Positions 19,732-30,760 of a DNA stretch of 64,000 bases are shown piece by piece; the stretch's first letter is position 1; the number at the start of each line of letters is the position of its first letter. The notes under the pieces were generated by a model, which was given only the letters and a program-made list of their open reading frames with translations, was not told the origin of the DNA and did not search any database. The DNA comes from Candidatus Kapaibacterium sp. Lineage in GTDB: Bacteria; Bacteroidota; Ignavibacteria; Kapaibacteriales; UBA2268. A program made the translations under genes and the position numbers. The DNA is taken from positions 160,001 through 224,000 of the forward strand of contig OY762428.1 in NCBI GenBank assembly GCA_963665665.1. The letters are read 5' to 3'.

Positions 19732-20479
19732 TTGTTTCCAACTCTTCCATTATACTGACAACTGAATTTTTCACCTTATTATATATTTCTCTTGAAGGTT
19801 CGAACTCTCCGTAATAAACATATTCGAAATATATCGTCATACCCGAGAAAATATCCCTTAGCCTGTTGCTTTCAATTTCATAGATATAATCCCTGTTTGT
19901 TTTATCCCTACTGTAAGTAATTATTTCTCTGTCTGCCATATTTTTCAGAGCCTTCAGATAATTAAGCCGCAGGGCCAGTTTTATATCGTCCTTTTTCTCG
20001 GCCTTGGCTATCAGTTCGTCGAAATCAGGTTCTGAATCAATTAATTCATCATCAATATTCAGGCTTATATCGTTTCCGCCCCTGCCAATAGGTTTGGATA
20101 TACGGCTTTCAATTATTTTTAATATGATAATTACGGCAACCAGCACCATAGCGCCGTATAGAATACCCTTTCCGATTGGATTGGCTCTTGCACCAAAGAA
20201 GAATCGGAGAATTTTGTTATAGAGCCACCTCCAGATTTCATCAATGATAGATGGCTTCTGCTCCCGTTCATCAAGATAATTAAAATCATTATCAGAACGG
20301 TAGTTCTCTAATTTATCATTTGGCGGTGCAAACGGATCAATTTGGGAATTATCGCAATGTACTTCCTTGAACAAAACCGTAGATGCTTCTTCAACAGCTA
20401 AGCTGTCCTGAGCGGTCAACCCGGGTAAAGCAAAAAAACATGATAATAAAACAATATGTATAAGCAAGAATATTCTCAC
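19724..20479 (-). CDS. DUF4129 domain protein
   Basis: Signal peptide, central TM, A(L)RLNYLKALK...DKTNRDYIYE...FEYVYYGEF. Confidence 0.82.
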   Translation of the reverse strand: MRIFLLIHIVLLSCFFALPGLTAQDSLAVEEASTVLFKEVHCDNSQIDPFAPPNDKLENYRSDNDFNYLDEREQKPSIIDEIWRWLYNKILRFFFGARANPIGKGILYGAMVLVAVIIILKIIESRISKPIGRGGNDISLNIDDELIDSEPDFDELIAKAEKKDDIKLALRLNYLKALKNMADREIITYSRDKTNRDYIYEIESNRLRDIFSGMTIYFEYVYYGEFEPSREIYNKVKNSVVSIMEELETND

Positions 20480-21489
20480 TATATATCCTTTGGCATAAAT
20501 CGTTCAGGATTTTCTTTGTCCTCTTCCCCGTCGTCTTTATTATCACTTTCATTTTTTTCTTCCGGCATATCTTTTTCCAGTTTCGCAGCGAGAGAATCTA
20601 CTTTTGCTGTCAGCCCGCAGGCTTCTTTGCGCTCCCTCATATTGAAGAAATGCAAAGCATTAAAAACATCAATAATCAGCGTTGAAACATATCCCAGGCT
20701 GGAAATTGCCGAAGCAATAATTATTACTGTTAATCCAAAATATCCCGATTCGGTTGACTCATTTATAAAGAGAATCGAATTAACAACTACTATAACAACC
20801 TGCGGAATACTAAATATAAAATTAACTACCTGGATAATTATACCGAGGAGCAGTAGTATTCCAAATGTAAACCACCACTTTCCCTTTATAAGGAAAAAGG
20901 ACCTTTTGGGCGCATCGATTACTTTTTGTTCTTCGAAAGCAATAGAGGGGATGCAGAATATCATTGTAATCATGAAATATAAGGCTAATGGTGTAAGTAC
21001 AAAACCTAAAAATATTCCCATGCCAATACTACCTGAAAAGGTAAGCATAAATGTAGGAACGGCAACAATCGCGGGAATCAAAATTAGCAAAAGTGTAAGA
21101 CCGAGGAATTTTTTAAAAAACGGCCATATATATTTTTTGATTATCTGCTCGTCAGGCGAGTGGCCTTCCTCGAGATAAGCTTTTATATAGGCGTTCGGAA
21201 CAGTTCTTAACATTACACCGAAAATTATCATAACAGCATAGAGTATAATAAGTTCCATGCCGGAATAAGGCAGATATGAAAACCCCTGCATTAATTCGGG
21301 ATTAAAACTAAACGGCGCAATATTAACCAGTCCGCTGATTATACCCACTATTAAAGCAAAAGGAAATACATATATAAACATCATTTTCAACAATTGTTTA
21401 AGTTCATTCCTGACAAATGTAAAAGTATCAGAAAACAGTTCATTGAAATTTCTGACTTTCTCGAATTCAATTTTTTGATGATGTTCCAT
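20479..21489 (-). CDS. Polytopic membrane protein of the moxR locus (GPDPase-membrane-domain-like)
   Basis: KIEFEKVRNFNELFSDTFTF, about 6 TM helices, A.KRSFFLIKGKWWFTFG, FFNMRERKE. Confidence 0.75.
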   Translation of the reverse strand: MEHHQKIEFEKVRNFNELFSDTFTFVRNELKQLLKMMFIYVFPFALIVGIISGLVNIAPFSFNPELMQGFSYLPYSGMELIILYAVMIIFGVMLRTVPNAYIKAYLEEGHSPDEQIIKKYIWPFFKKFLGLTLLLILIPAIVAVPTFMLTFSGSIGMGIFLGFVLTPLALYFMITMIFCIPSIAFEEQKVIDAPKRSFFLIKGKWWFTFGILLLLGIIIQVVNFIFSIPQVVIVVVNSILFINESTESGYFGLTVIIIASAISSLGYVSTLIIDVFNALHFFNMRERKEACGLTAKVDSLAAKLEKDMPEEKNESDNKDDGEEDKENPERFMPKDI

Positions 21490-22441
21490 CTTGTTTCCTC
21501 TGTAAATTGTAGGGATAAATAATAAAATAGTAGATCATAAAAGCAAATGACGAAATAATGATTGGAAATGCTATCCAGTCCGACATTTCAGTGTGTCGGG
21601 TAACAAATCCTTCAAGAAATCCTGCTACTATGAATATCGGAATAAGCCCGAAGACTATTTTCACTCCGTTTTTTGCTCCGAACCTGAACGAATCCCGACG
21701 CTTGAAAGTACCCGGGAACAGAATACTGTTACCTATCACCATACCCGCAGCACCGGCTATTACAATGGCAGATATTTCCAAAGCACCATGTATCCAGACT
21801 GTCCGGAAGCTCTCGTAGAACAGGCCCCGCTGAATAAAGAAATAAAAAAAAGCTCCAAGCATTACGCCGTTTGAGAATAAAATATAGCCAGCTCCAACCG
21901 AAAAGAAAACCCCAAAAGCGAAAGCATAGAAAGATACCCTTACATTATTCAGCGTGATGCCAAGAAACATTTCAATTTCGTTAGCTTTTTTGTAAACAGC
22001 CATGGGATCGTTGTTCTTTATATTTTCTATCGTCATATTCACGTAGGCATCGCCCATGATCAGCCTGACAAAACCATCGTCAAAAGCAGTGGACATACCT
22101 CCGATGAATACCCCGAAAAGCGTTACTATAAACGAAATTATTATTTCCCGACGGGAACGGGCAAGTATCAAAGGCAGTTCAATTAAAATGAATTTTTTTA
22201 GCCTGCTGCTGTCTTCTTTTTTATTTCTGTAAATAATTCTGTGTATCTTTGCAGAAAGCTGGTTCAGATACCTTGTGGTTTTACTTGAAGGATAGAAGGT
22301 TCTTGCATAAGAAAGATCGTCCATGGTTTGAATATACAATCCCGCTAACTGATCGGGGTCGGGAGTTTCTTTCGAGTCAATCATGGATTCAAACTCTTCC
22401 CACTTATCCTTGTTTTCCTTAAGAAACCTTACTTCTTTCAT
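21467..22441 (-). CDS. Stage II sporulation protein M-like (SpoIIM/DUF95) membrane protein
   Basis: DDLSYARTFYP, ITLNNVRVSF, NGVMLG, WIHGALEISAIVIAG, AGFLEGFVT. Confidence 0.9.
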   Translation of the reverse strand: MKEVRFLKENKDKWEEFESMIDSKETPDPDQLAGLYIQTMDDLSYARTFYPSSKTTRYLNQLSAKIHRIIYRNKKEDSSRLKKFILIELPLILARSRREIIISFIVTLFGVFIGGMSTAFDDGFVRLIMGDAYVNMTIENIKNNDPMAVYKKANEIEMFLGITLNNVRVSFYAFAFGVFFSVGAGYILFSNGVMLGAFFYFFIQRGLFYESFRTVWIHGALEISAIVIAGAAGMVIGNSILFPGTFKRRDSFRFGAKNGVKIVFGLIPIFIVAGFLEGFVTRHTEMSDWIAFPIIISSFAFMIYYFIIYPYNLQRKQDGTSSKN

Positions 22442-22497
22442 TCGGCTCTGAGCTTGTTTAAAACAACAAAATTGTAAATTAATAAATTTTTTTGGAT

Positions 22498-23238
22498 ATG
22501 GAAAATATTAATATTGATACCACGCAAAATGTTAGTATCAGCTACAATGCCGCCAGCGTTGGTGAAAGGATACTTGCTTACTTCGTTGATGCAATTTTTC
22601 TTATAATATATGCCATTGCTGTTATCTTTTTCATTGATTTCATTAAAGATAAAATAGATATTCCGTGGATTGGTATTTCTCTGCTAATAATTCTGGCAAT
22701 TCCTTTTCTCTTTTATGATCTTCTATGCGAGCAATTCATGGAAGGGCAAAGCTTTGGCAAGAAAATCGTAAAATTAAAAGTAGTAAAACTCGATGGTTCT
22801 GCGCCCGGATTCAGTTCATATTTTCTTCGCTGGATACTCAGGCCGGTTGATATCAGCTTATTTAATGGTGTGATATCAATTGTAACTATTTTAATCAATG
22901 GTAAAGGACAGAGGCTCGGGGATATTGCTGCTCATACCTGTGTGATAACTTTGAAGGAAGACGTATCGATTAGGGATACGATATATTACGAGACCGATGA
23001 TGATTATCAGCCGCTATTCCCTCAGGCAGAACAGCTTGATGAAGAAGATATTGTTATTATTAAAGAACTTATCGACAGTGGCTCCGGTATTGATATACCT
23101 GAAAATGTTGTTGAAAACGAGTGGAAAGCCAAGAAAATTATCTGCCAACGCCTTGAGATTGAATCTGACCTAAGGCCTTTGGATTTCTTCCGCGTTCTGA
23201 TCAGGGATTATAATCATATTCACGGCAGGCTGGATTGA
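22498..23238 (+). CDS. RDD family membrane protein
   Basis: ASVGERILAYFVD, GQSFGKK, RWILRPVD, QRLGDIAAHT; divergent from the spoIIM-like gene. Confidence 0.9.
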   Translation: MENINIDTTQNVSISYNAASVGERILAYFVDAIFLIIYAIAVIFFIDFIKDKIDIPWIGISLLIILAIPFLFYDLLCEQFMEGQSFGKKIVKLKVVKLDGSAPGFSSYFLRWILRPVDISLFNGVISIVTILINGKGQRLGDIAAHTCVITLKEDVSIRDTIYYETDDDYQPLFPQAEQLDEEDIVIIKELIDSGSGIDIPENVVENEWKAKKIICQRLEIESDLRPLDFFRVLIRDYNHIHGRLD

Positions 23239-23440
23239 TAAATTAATCTGTGTTTTAAATAATCACATACTAAGCAGAAAAATTGGGAGATTTCATTAAG
23301 CAGCATATCTGCAAAATTTACCACCAGGAATTATTTCCCGAACCAAAGTATGCATAGCCATTCCTTGTACTTTTTTCTTTCGTATCTATTGTCCGGAAGA
23401 ATACATACAATGTTTAGCAGGTATCTGGTTGGCCAGAAAA

Positions 23441-24301
23441 TTAATTATCGCTTTTATAAAAGTATCCGTCCAAAAAAGCTTTGCGAACGGTTTTCTTTTC
23501 CTCCTGAGTAGCGACTCTTTTCAACCAACGGAAAAGATAGCCGAAAGGCCGGATAAGCCTTACGGGCAAGGAGCCGTGAAGAATATCAATGGCAATAATG
23601 TTCCGCACAATATAATATAATTTCCAACCGTATTCTGTGTTCGTATCAGGAGCTTGCAGCTTCCTGTTCAGCCTGGCATCGCGAACGATAGCTATATCAA
23701 AACCCTTTTTAAACGCACGAATGAAATATTCCGTATCATCGCCGTAAATAAAGAATTTCTTCTCCGGCAGGCCGCATTTACTGATTACATCGCGGTGCAT
23801 CATGGGGCCTTCGAAGGTTATTCCCTCGGCAGGTATAAGTTCCTTATCCAGATCTTTTTTTGAAATAATGTCTATCCAGATACTTGAAAATGGATTGGAC
23901 ATATTATAATGCAGGGCATCGTTGATGAACATTTCGCCATCCGGCCTGTACCTTAGCGGCGTTCTGATCAAATTAGTATCCGGGAACCGTAAAAGCTGCT
24001 CAAGGCAGTCCTGCGCCGGTACAACGTCGTCGTCCATAGTCCAAATCCAATAGTGCCCGGTTTCATAAGCAGTTTTTATCCCCGTGTATTGCCCTCCGGA
24101 ACTTCCAACATTGTCCTGAGTTACAACGGTCAGACCTTCCTGCTCTTTCAGCCATTCGCCCGTACCATCTGTACTTGAATTATTAACAACAATTATTTCA
24201 TCCGGTTTTCGGGTCTGATTCTTAATAGCGCCAATTATCTCCTTCAGGAAATCTAATCTGTTGAACGTTATTACAACAACTCCTACTGTTTGATCTTTCA
24301 T
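23441..24301 (-). CDS. Glycosyltransferase family 2
   Basis: VVITFNR, VVNNSSTDGT, WTMDDD, FFIYGDDTEY. Confidence 0.9.
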   Translation of the reverse strand: MKDQTVGVVVITFNRLDFLKEIIGAIKNQTRKPDEIIVVNNSSTDGTGEWLKEQEGLTVVTQDNVGSSGGQYTGIKTAYETGHYWIWTMDDDVVPAQDCLEQLLRFPDTNLIRTPLRYRPDGEMFINDALHYNMSNPFSSIWIDIISKKDLDKELIPAEGITFEGPMMHRDVISKCGLPEKKFFIYGDDTEYFIRAFKKGFDIAIVRDARLNRKLQAPDTNTEYGWKLYYIVRNIIAIDILHGSLPVRLIRPFGYLFRWLKRVATQEEKKTVRKAFLDGYFYKSDN

Positions 24302-24786
24302 TTCTTCACGTATAATTTTTCAGGTATAACAAACATCGAATTATTATCATTATCAATTATAAATTTCTTGATAATTTCCTGCGCCTCGTTGTGGGATGGT
24401 ATCAATATTCTGCCGAAGCATTCCGGGTAGGAAAGCCAAAGATAATCGTCATGCTCATGCGACAATTCCACATTTCCCCTGCCTGTTTCAACTGCAAAAA
24501 CAGGCGAGAAATTAACTTCGTCTGTATATGGATTAAAAAATCTGCCAACATAAGGAACGTTCCATACCGTTTCCGGAACCAGCCCTGTTTCCTCTTTCAA
24601 TTCCCGGACTGCACACTGAACAGCCGTTTCACCATCATTCAGAGTACCGGTAACAAATTGCCAGACACCGGGGTAAATTTCTTCATCATCAGCACGCCTT
24701 AGTATAAGGAATTCATAATTCCCTAAATCATCTCTGCGAAAAACATGAACCTGTACAGTATTTGACCTGAATCCGGGCATCAGCAA
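24298..24786 (-). CDS. NUDIX hydrolase (NudB-like)
   Basis: Nudix box GTLNDGETAVQCAVRELKEETG, WQFVTG and LSHEHDDYLW. Confidence 0.88.
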   Translation of the reverse strand: MLMPGFRSNTVQVHVFRRDDLGNYEFLILRRADDEEIYPGVWQFVTGTLNDGETAVQCAVRELKEETGLVPETVWNVPYVGRFFNPYTDEVNFSPVFAVETGRGNVELSHEHDDYLWLSYPECFGRILIPSHNEAQEIIKKFIIDNDNNSMFVIPEKLYVKK

Positions 24787-25940
24787 TATCTTTCCGTAAA
24801 TTCCAGAAGAACTTTCTCATCGGACTGCCAGTTGTATTTTTCTCTGAACGCTTTAATACCGTTTTCAGAAAATATTTTATAATCCAAATTTGAATAGTTC
24901 AGTATATTATCAGCTATAATATCGGGATCCGAACAATCAACGGAAATTCCGGCATTTGTTTCATTTACAATTCTTTCCAGGGGCTTGGCTTTCGATACAA
25001 AAACCGGCTTGCCCGCCGCGAAATAATCAAATATCTTGTTATGTATGGTATAATTATTAAAATCATTCACCTGGTATGGAATCACGCCAATATCAAATCC
25101 TGATATAATTCCGCTAAGTTCTGAAAATTCATACCTTCCTGACAGATTGATTTTATCGCGATGCGCAGAAGAAGCAACTATCTGCTTCACATCATCAAAA
25201 ACATCTCCCTCGCCAGCAAGATGCAAACGGATATTTTCATTTTCTGAAGCTGCAATAATAAAACCTTTTACGAAATTTGCAACACTTTTCTCGGCAGTCA
25301 TATTCCCGTGGTGGCCGAAAACAACCGGCGGTTCAGAGCAGCCTGTCCTGATATTTTTAAAAGAATCAAAATCCGGCGTATTATGCACGACAACAATATT
25401 ATCAGTTTTATAGTTAAAATCATCAGCAAGGCGCTGAATTTGTTCGCTGCAAACCACAATTACGCCGTCCATATATTTCAGGCTGTTTCTTTCGGTAATA
25501 TCCGGCACCTTTGCCTTGTGCATCAGGAATCTGCGGAAAGCATTTGAATTATATTTTTTCCATTCGCGCATTGCAGCAGGATAATTTTCAGCCATATCCA
25601 TTATTACGGGTATGTCATATTTTCTGCCAGCTTTGCCGGCTGCAACACCAAGCATGATTTCGCGGGGCATTATAACATCTGGTTTAAATCTTTGTACTGC
25701 CTTTTCAATTTCACTTTTCCAGTTCGGATTGAAAGAAACAGGCTCCATTAAATGGCGTTTTTTTCCATATCCTGCACGGTAAATATTTATACCGTCAATA
25801 ATTTCTTCTTGTTGGTCTTCGCCGTTCCAGCGGGCAAGCATCAATACTTCCCAGCCGTTATTAACGAAAGATTTGCAAACTTTTTCCACCCTGACATCCC
25901 AGGGATAAGGGCCTTTCCATATATATAATACTTTTTTCAA
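24780..25940 (-). CDS. Glycosyltransferase family 4
   Basis: DVRVEK, DMAENYP, VVHNTP, NKIFDYFAAGKPV; GT-B fold pattern. Confidence 0.88.
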   Translation of the reverse strand: MKKVLYIWKGPYPWDVRVEKVCKSFVNNGWEVLMLARWNGEDQQEEIIDGINIYRAGYGKKRHLMEPVSFNPNWKSEIEKAVQRFKPDVIMPREIMLGVAAGKAGRKYDIPVIMDMAENYPAAMREWKKYNSNAFRRFLMHKAKVPDITERNSLKYMDGVIVVCSEQIQRLADDFNYKTDNIVVVHNTPDFDSFKNIRTGCSEPPVVFGHHGNMTAEKSVANFVKGFIIAASENENIRLHLAGEGDVFDDVKQIVASSAHRDKINLSGRYEFSELSGIISGFDIGVIPYQVNDFNNYTIHNKIFDYFAAGKPVFVSKAKPLERIVNETNAGISVDCSDPDIIADNILNYSNLDYKIFSENGIKAFREKYNWQSDEKVLLEFTERYC

Positions 25941-26830
25941 GCAGCAGATTCACCGGGTTTCTTTATTCTGCTCAGGCCGTAGGAAACAGCAGCTCCGACA
26001 ATCAGGAACACAGTGCTGATAATTATAATAATCGGATTGAAGTTGATAATATCCTTCACTTCTACTCCAATCTGGAAATTTGAAGCAAGAATAAGCCCGA
26101 GAATAAAATAGTAAGTTGCAGGAGGATATTTTTTCAGAAGTATATTAATTACTTTCGCGCATACAACAATGCCAAGAACAACGCCAATACCGATAAAGAT
26201 AATCGGAACAATCATTCTCTGGTCAACAAAATAAACAACATTGTTATATTCCCCGAGGCTAAGCAGCAGGGCCGATCCGGAAAATCCCGGCAAAACCATT
26301 GAACCGCCACCAAGAAAACCGCAAAGCGTCAGCCACAAACCGTAGCCGAAATCAATATCAGTCATTTTTAAGATTCCGAACAATTCTCCTGTTACTTCAT
26401 AATTTGCAGATGAGCCGCCGTCGGAGCCAAGCAATGCCGTGGCAACTACCATTACAAAAGCAAGTATGATCAATGAAAATCTCCTGATATTGAATTTCAT
26501 ATCCGGGTGAAGCTTTAATATCAACGGTATGGAACCGAGTATAAGGCCGAAGAAGAAGAAATAAGTATGCTGTTTTAAAACTTCGGATGCAAAAAGATAT
26601 GTAAATATTTTTGCGAAGATTACAACACCCGCACCGGCTCCGAGGCCGATTGTCAAGAGAAGAATAATATATTTTAGCCGGTTTTTTTTATCTGTTGCAA
26701 AATTTCCGATAGCACCGGTCAGTTCTTCGTAAATTCCGAAAATCACAGCCATTGTGCCGCCGGATACCCCCGGAATAATATTCGCGATACCGATGCCGAT
26801 ACCGCGCAGAAAATTTAATATCAGTTTCAT
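25937..26830 (-). CDS. DUF368 family protein (undecaprenyl-phosphate translocase, PopT-like)
   Basis: Duplicated re-entrant motifs ANIIPGVSGGTMA and SMVLPGFSGSALLL. Confidence 0.88.
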   Translation of the reverse strand: MKLILNFLRGIGIGIANIIPGVSGGTMAVIFGIYEELTGAIGNFATDKKNRLKYIILLLTIGLGAGAGVVIFAKIFTYLFASEVLKQHTYFFFFGLILGSIPLILKLHPDMKFNIRRFSLIILAFVMVVATALLGSDGGSSANYEVTGELFGILKMTDIDFGYGLWLTLCGFLGGGSMVLPGFSGSALLLSLGEYNNVVYFVDQRMIVPIIFIGIGVVLGIVVCAKVINILLKKYPPATYYFILGLILASNFQIGVEVKDIINFNPIIIIISTVFLIVGAAVSYGLSRIKKPGESAA

Positions 26831-26886
26831 TTGCCTGCCTGTTTATATTTTTTTACTATCAAAATATCAATTAAAGCTAAAAAATC

Positions 26887-26954
26887 TGTCATTCTTAGCA
26901 AAGCGAAGTATCTATATCATTATATATGGATTCTTCACTTCGTTCAGAATAACA
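26887..26954. repeat. Intergenic palindromic element (TGTCATTCTGAGCG...CGTTCAGAATGACA family)
   Basis: Imperfect inverted repeat; related copies at 7281, 7471, 52929 and 62844. Confidence 0.75.
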
Positions 26955-26987
26955 AATTGCCAAATTAAATAATTTCTAACTTTCAAC

Positions 26988-27941
26988 TTACTTTTCCTCG
27001 TAAACGCCCATTGCGTAGAACTTTTCCCTACGCTTCCTTACAAGTTCCACAGCATCAATACCAATCAGTGCTTTAATTTCATCAATGAAATCCTTTTTCA
27101 AAATTTCATACATCTTTTTCGGGTTTTTGTGAGCGCCGCCAATAGGTTCCTTCACAATTTTATCAATTATTCCCTGTTCCAGTAAATCCGGGGCTGTAAG
27201 TTTCAGAGCTTCTGCGGCCTGCTCTTTGTAGTCCCAGCTTCTCCATAAAATACTGGAGCATGATTCAGGAGAAATAACCGAATACCAGGCATTTTCGAGC
27301 ATCAATATCCTGTCACCAACGCCAATGCCAATAGCTCCGCCCGAAGCTCCCTCGCCAAGGACGCAAACTATTATCGGAACTTTCAACCCGGACATTTGAA
27401 GAAGATTCGCTGCAATTGCTTCGGCCTGTCCCCTGTCCTCGGCTTCAATACCGGGATATGCGCCGGGTGTATCGAGCAGGGTTATCACCGGCCTCTTGAA
27501 TTTTTCAGCCATTGCAAACAGCCTTGCTGCCTTGCGGTATCCTTCGGGGTGCGGCATACCAAAATTATGATGGATATTCGATTTGGTATCTTTGCCTTTC
27601 TGGTGGCCAATCACCATAACCGGCTGATCGTCAATAAATGCCATGCCACCAATTATTGACGGATCGTCGCGGAAATTTCGATCTCCGTGAAGTTCAGTAA
27701 AATCCGTGAAAATATTGTTGATAAACTCTCTTGAAGTAGGCCTGTCCGGATGGCGTGCTATCTGAACTCTCTGCCACCGGGTAAGATTCTTATAAATATC
27801 CTTTTTCAAGTCTTCAACCCTGGATTCCAGGAATGTGATTTCTTTGCTAATATCAATATCTTCCAAAGACCTCATTTCCTGAATTTTCTTTTCCAATTCA
27901 ATGATCGGCTTTTCGAAATCTAATATTTGGTTATTTGCCAC
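26988..27941 (-). CDS. accA: Acetyl-CoA carboxylase carboxyltransferase subunit alpha
   Basis: [51 protein letters not shown]; GTG start. Confidence 0.97.
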   Translation of the reverse strand: MANNQILDFEKPIIELEKKIQEMRSLEDIDISKEITFLESRVEDLKKDIYKNLTRWQRVQIARHPDRPTSREFINNIFTDFTELHGDRNFRDDPSIIGGMAFIDDQPVMVIGHQKGKDTKSNIHHNFGMPHPEGYRKAARLFAMAEKFKRPVITLLDTPGAYPGIEAEDRGQAEAIAANLLQMSGLKVPIIVCVLGEGASGGAIGIGVGDRILMLENAWYSVISPESCSSILWRSWDYKEQAAEALKLTAPDLLEQGIIDKIVKEPIGGAHKNPKKMYEILKKDFIDEIKALIGIDAVELVRKRREKFYAMGVYEEK

Positions 27942-29889
27942 GGTTTTTCCTGAATAAATATTTTAAACATATATCAGTATCTAATAAAAAACTATAGTTT
28001 TGCACGTAGTAATCATTTAATTTTTTTATAGCCGACTGAGCCAGGCTTTCCGGCCTGCTGATACCGGCTATACTGATTATTCCCGGCTTTGCTATGCCAT
28101 TTGTTTCCTTTTCAACCGGATAAATCCCTACTACAGAATAATCACCTTTTAAAGTCATAACTAATTTACGAAGCAAAACCTTCTTATAGTTTGCAAACAA
28201 ATATACTATAGGAAGTCCAATAGTCAAAAGAAAAACGGAAATTCCAATATCCGCAAGCCTTTTTATTAGTTGGTATCTTAGCTTTGCCAGGTTGGATTTT
28301 TCAATATCTCCTCTTTTCACTGATAAATTATCAATGATCTTGGAAGATACCAGGTCCTCGTAATCATGAGCCACATGAAACTTCACCCTGGGATTAGAAA
28401 TTCCGGATATAATCTTGATAATATCAGTTTTCGAAAGTTCCGGATCGGTAATAATTATTTCCTTAATTTTTTTATCTTCAATTATCGAAGAAAGATAATC
28501 CACATGGCCAATTTCCGGAATGCCTGCAATATTTTCAATTTTCCTGCTTTTTGTTCTGATAAGCCCGACAATATTTACATTCATCGATTCGGCAGATTGC
28601 AAGGCCTTTACAAACTTTCCGGTTTGATTGTTAATTCCTACAATAGCAATTTTTTTATCAGCATTGCTTCCACTCAGATTGTCAAACAATGAAAGCAATA
28701 TCCTGCTGATCGTGGAAAATGCAATACCCAATCCGGAAGTCATTAGCAATATTCCCCTGCTAAATCCATACTCCTCTTTGAAGAAGTAAGTCATTGTTGA
28801 TAATATAAAGAAGGAGGATAGATGGGAAAAAGTAGATTTCCTGACGGTCGGATTGTTCTCGAAATACTCACCGCTTGCAACCATTGATACAAAGAGGACA
28901 ACCGAGATCACTATAAAAACAGTAGGATAAGCATATTCAGGGAAGTTGAAAAACTCTCCGAACCTATATTTAGTGGATAACAAAAGTGCAAGATTGATAC
29001 CGATCATATCTGTAAGAATAATAAATATATCCCTGCGATATTTGCTCAGATATGCCATCAAGGTTCTAAGAATAATACCAAATCTCAGAAATGACAGGAA
29101 AAATACTGATTTCCCATAGTGCTTCTCGGCAAATATCTCCATTGCCTTGTAGAAATGCTTTACCGAGTTTATTGATGACCTTCGGGTTGACTCGCCCTTG
29201 AAGTGAATAATTGAAGTTTCGTGGTAATATACTATCTTCCAGCCTGAGTTCTTGGCCCTGAAACAAAGGTCAATATCTTCTGCATACATAAAGAAATCTT
29301 CGTCAAATCCATCAATGGCATCGATTGTTTCTTTACGGCAGAACATGAAAGCGCCAATAACGGCGTCGATTTCATAAGTATCATCGATACTACGAAAAGT
29401 TTGATTATACTTTGCAAAAAGTCTGGATTTCGGAAATAAGGACTGCAAGCCAAACAATTTGCTGAATGATGCCCAGGGAGTAGGAAATCCCCTGCGGCAG
29501 GCAAGCTGGAAAGTACCGTCAGGATTCAATACCTTACAGCCGGATATTCCAATATCAGGATTACTTTCCATAAAATCGAACATTTTCCGGAGCGTATTGT
29601 CCTCAAGAATTGTGTCAGGATTTAGTATAAGGATATATTTGCCGATAGATTCCCTGAATCCGATATTATTCGCTTTTCCAAACCCAAGGTTTTTACCGGT
29701 ACTGATAAATTTTACATTCGGAAATATCGGGCTTAGTTCTTCAACAGAAGCATCTATTGAATTATTATCAACAACAATAGTTTCCACATTCAACTCAGTT
29801 TTCGACTGGTCTATCGAACGCAGGCACTGTAGAAGAAAATCCTTTACGTTGTAATTAACAATTACTATTGATATATCTGTTTTATCCAT
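27931..29889 (-). CDS. GT2 glycosyltransferase fused to TM, CoA-binding-like and degenerate sugar-transferase domains
   Basis: [41 protein letters not shown]; C-terminus has KRLADI...KPGI...[12 protein letters not shown]. Confidence 0.88.
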   Translation of the reverse strand: MDKTDISIVIVNYNVKDFLLQCLRSIDQSKTELNVETIVVDNNSIDASVEELSPIFPNVKFISTGKNLGFGKANNIGFRESIGKYILILNPDTILEDNTLRKMFDFMESNPDIGISGCKVLNPDGTFQLACRRGFPTPWASFSKLFGLQSLFPKSRLFAKYNQTFRSIDDTYEIDAVIGAFMFCRKETIDAIDGFDEDFFMYAEDIDLCFRAKNSGWKIVYYHETSIIHFKGESTRRSSINSVKHFYKAMEIFAEKHYGKSVFFLSFLRFGIILRTLMAYLSKYRRDIFIILTDMIGINLALLLSTKYRFGEFFNFPEYAYPTVFIVISVVLFVSMVASGEYFENNPTVRKSTFSHLSSFFILSTMTYFFKEEYGFSRGILLMTSGLGIAFSTISRILLSLFDNLSGSNADKKIAIVGINNQTGKFVKALQSAESMNVNIVGLIRTKSRKIENIAGIPEIGHVDYLSSIIEDKKIKEIIITDPELSKTDIIKIISGISNPRVKFHVAHDYEDLVSSKIIDNLSVKRGDIEKSNLAKLRYQLIKRLADIGISVFLLTIGLPIVYLFANYKKVLLRKLVMTLKGDYSVVGIYPVEKETNGIAKPGIISIAGISRPESLAQSAIKKLNDYYVQNYSFLLDTDICLKYLFRKNRGK

Positions 29890-29902
29890 ATATTCCGGAT
29901 TA

Positions 29903-30595
29903 CTATATCCCCATTTCAATACTAAGCATAGTTACGGCAGCAATAGCGGCGGTTTCGGCTCTTAACCTTTTATTGGAAAGCCAAAGTTGCTTTAAATTTT
30001 TTATATCGTGTAATAATTTGAACTCATTCGGCGAAAATCCTCCCTCGGGACCAATAAGTATAATTGAATTATTATCTATTTCATTAATACAGCCACCGTT
30101 TATGTCAGCCAGAATAAAATCCCAATCCCCGGAATAAACATCTATCAGTTCTTCCAGTGCCATAGGCTCTTCAACTGTCGGCAGATAAGCTCTTTTACAT
30201 TGCTTCATAGCTGCAATTGTTTTTTTTCTCAGCCGGTCGGTATTAACTTTTCTTTTTTGTGAAAAATCGCATATCAATGGAATTATCCTGCTTACTCCAA
30301 GCTCAACGGCTTTTTCCACTGCAAACTCGAATCTATCGCGATTGTCAAGAATTCCGAGAGCCATTCCCAGTTCTTGTTCCGGAAGATAGTCTTCGCATAC
30401 ATCCATAATTTCCAGGATACAGCTTTTCTTATTAATTTCATTGATTAGCGCCGTAGCTAATAGCCCCGTCCCCGAACTTAACGAAATGGAATCCCCGGAT
30501 TTAAGCCGTAAAGCCTTTATATGGCGAAATTCCTGATCGAAAATTTCTATTTTGTGATCTTCCCCGCTTAGTTGAGGATAATAGATACATTCCAT
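29903..30595 (-). CDS. rsmE: 16S rRNA m3U1498 methyltransferase
   Basis: H..ALRL, EKAVELGV, AAMKQCKR, IGPEGGFS, LRAETAA. Confidence 0.93.
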   Translation of the reverse strand: MECIYYPQLSGEDHKIEIFDQEFRHIKALRLKSGDSISLSSGTGLLATALINEINKKSCILEIMDVCEDYLPEQELGMALGILDNRDRFEFAVEKAVELGVSRIIPLICDFSQKRKVNTDRLRKKTIAAMKQCKRAYLPTVEEPMALEELIDVYSGDWDFILADINGGCINEIDNNSIILIGPEGGFSPNEFKLLHDIKNLKQLWLSNKRLRAETAAIAAVTMLSIEMGI

Positions 30596-30676
30596 ACAAA
30601 AAATAATTTTTGAAAAAAACTCAACTTCAAATTATGAAAACTTTGGCAATTTAGGAAGGACTTTACATAAATAAGA

Positions 30677-30760
30677 AGTCCCCCTTACTGATACGCTTGT
30701 GCTTTTGGGGGAATTGTGGGAGGGTTTAGCCCTAAGCGTAAGGGGGACTCAGGTTTTTTA
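30677..30760. promoter_or_regulatory. Structured intergenic element (12-bp stem with alternative pairings) between divergent rsmE and queA
   Basis: agtcccccttac (30677-30688) pairs with gtaagggggact (30738-30749). A competing tacgctt/aagcgta helix exists, and a T run follows on the + strand. Confidence 0.45.

Noticed and set aside
30677-30760. preQ1 riboswitch upstream of queA
   Set aside because: It lacks the short stem followed by an A-rich tail typical of class I, and lies about 360 bp from the start codon. Kept only as an unassigned structure.
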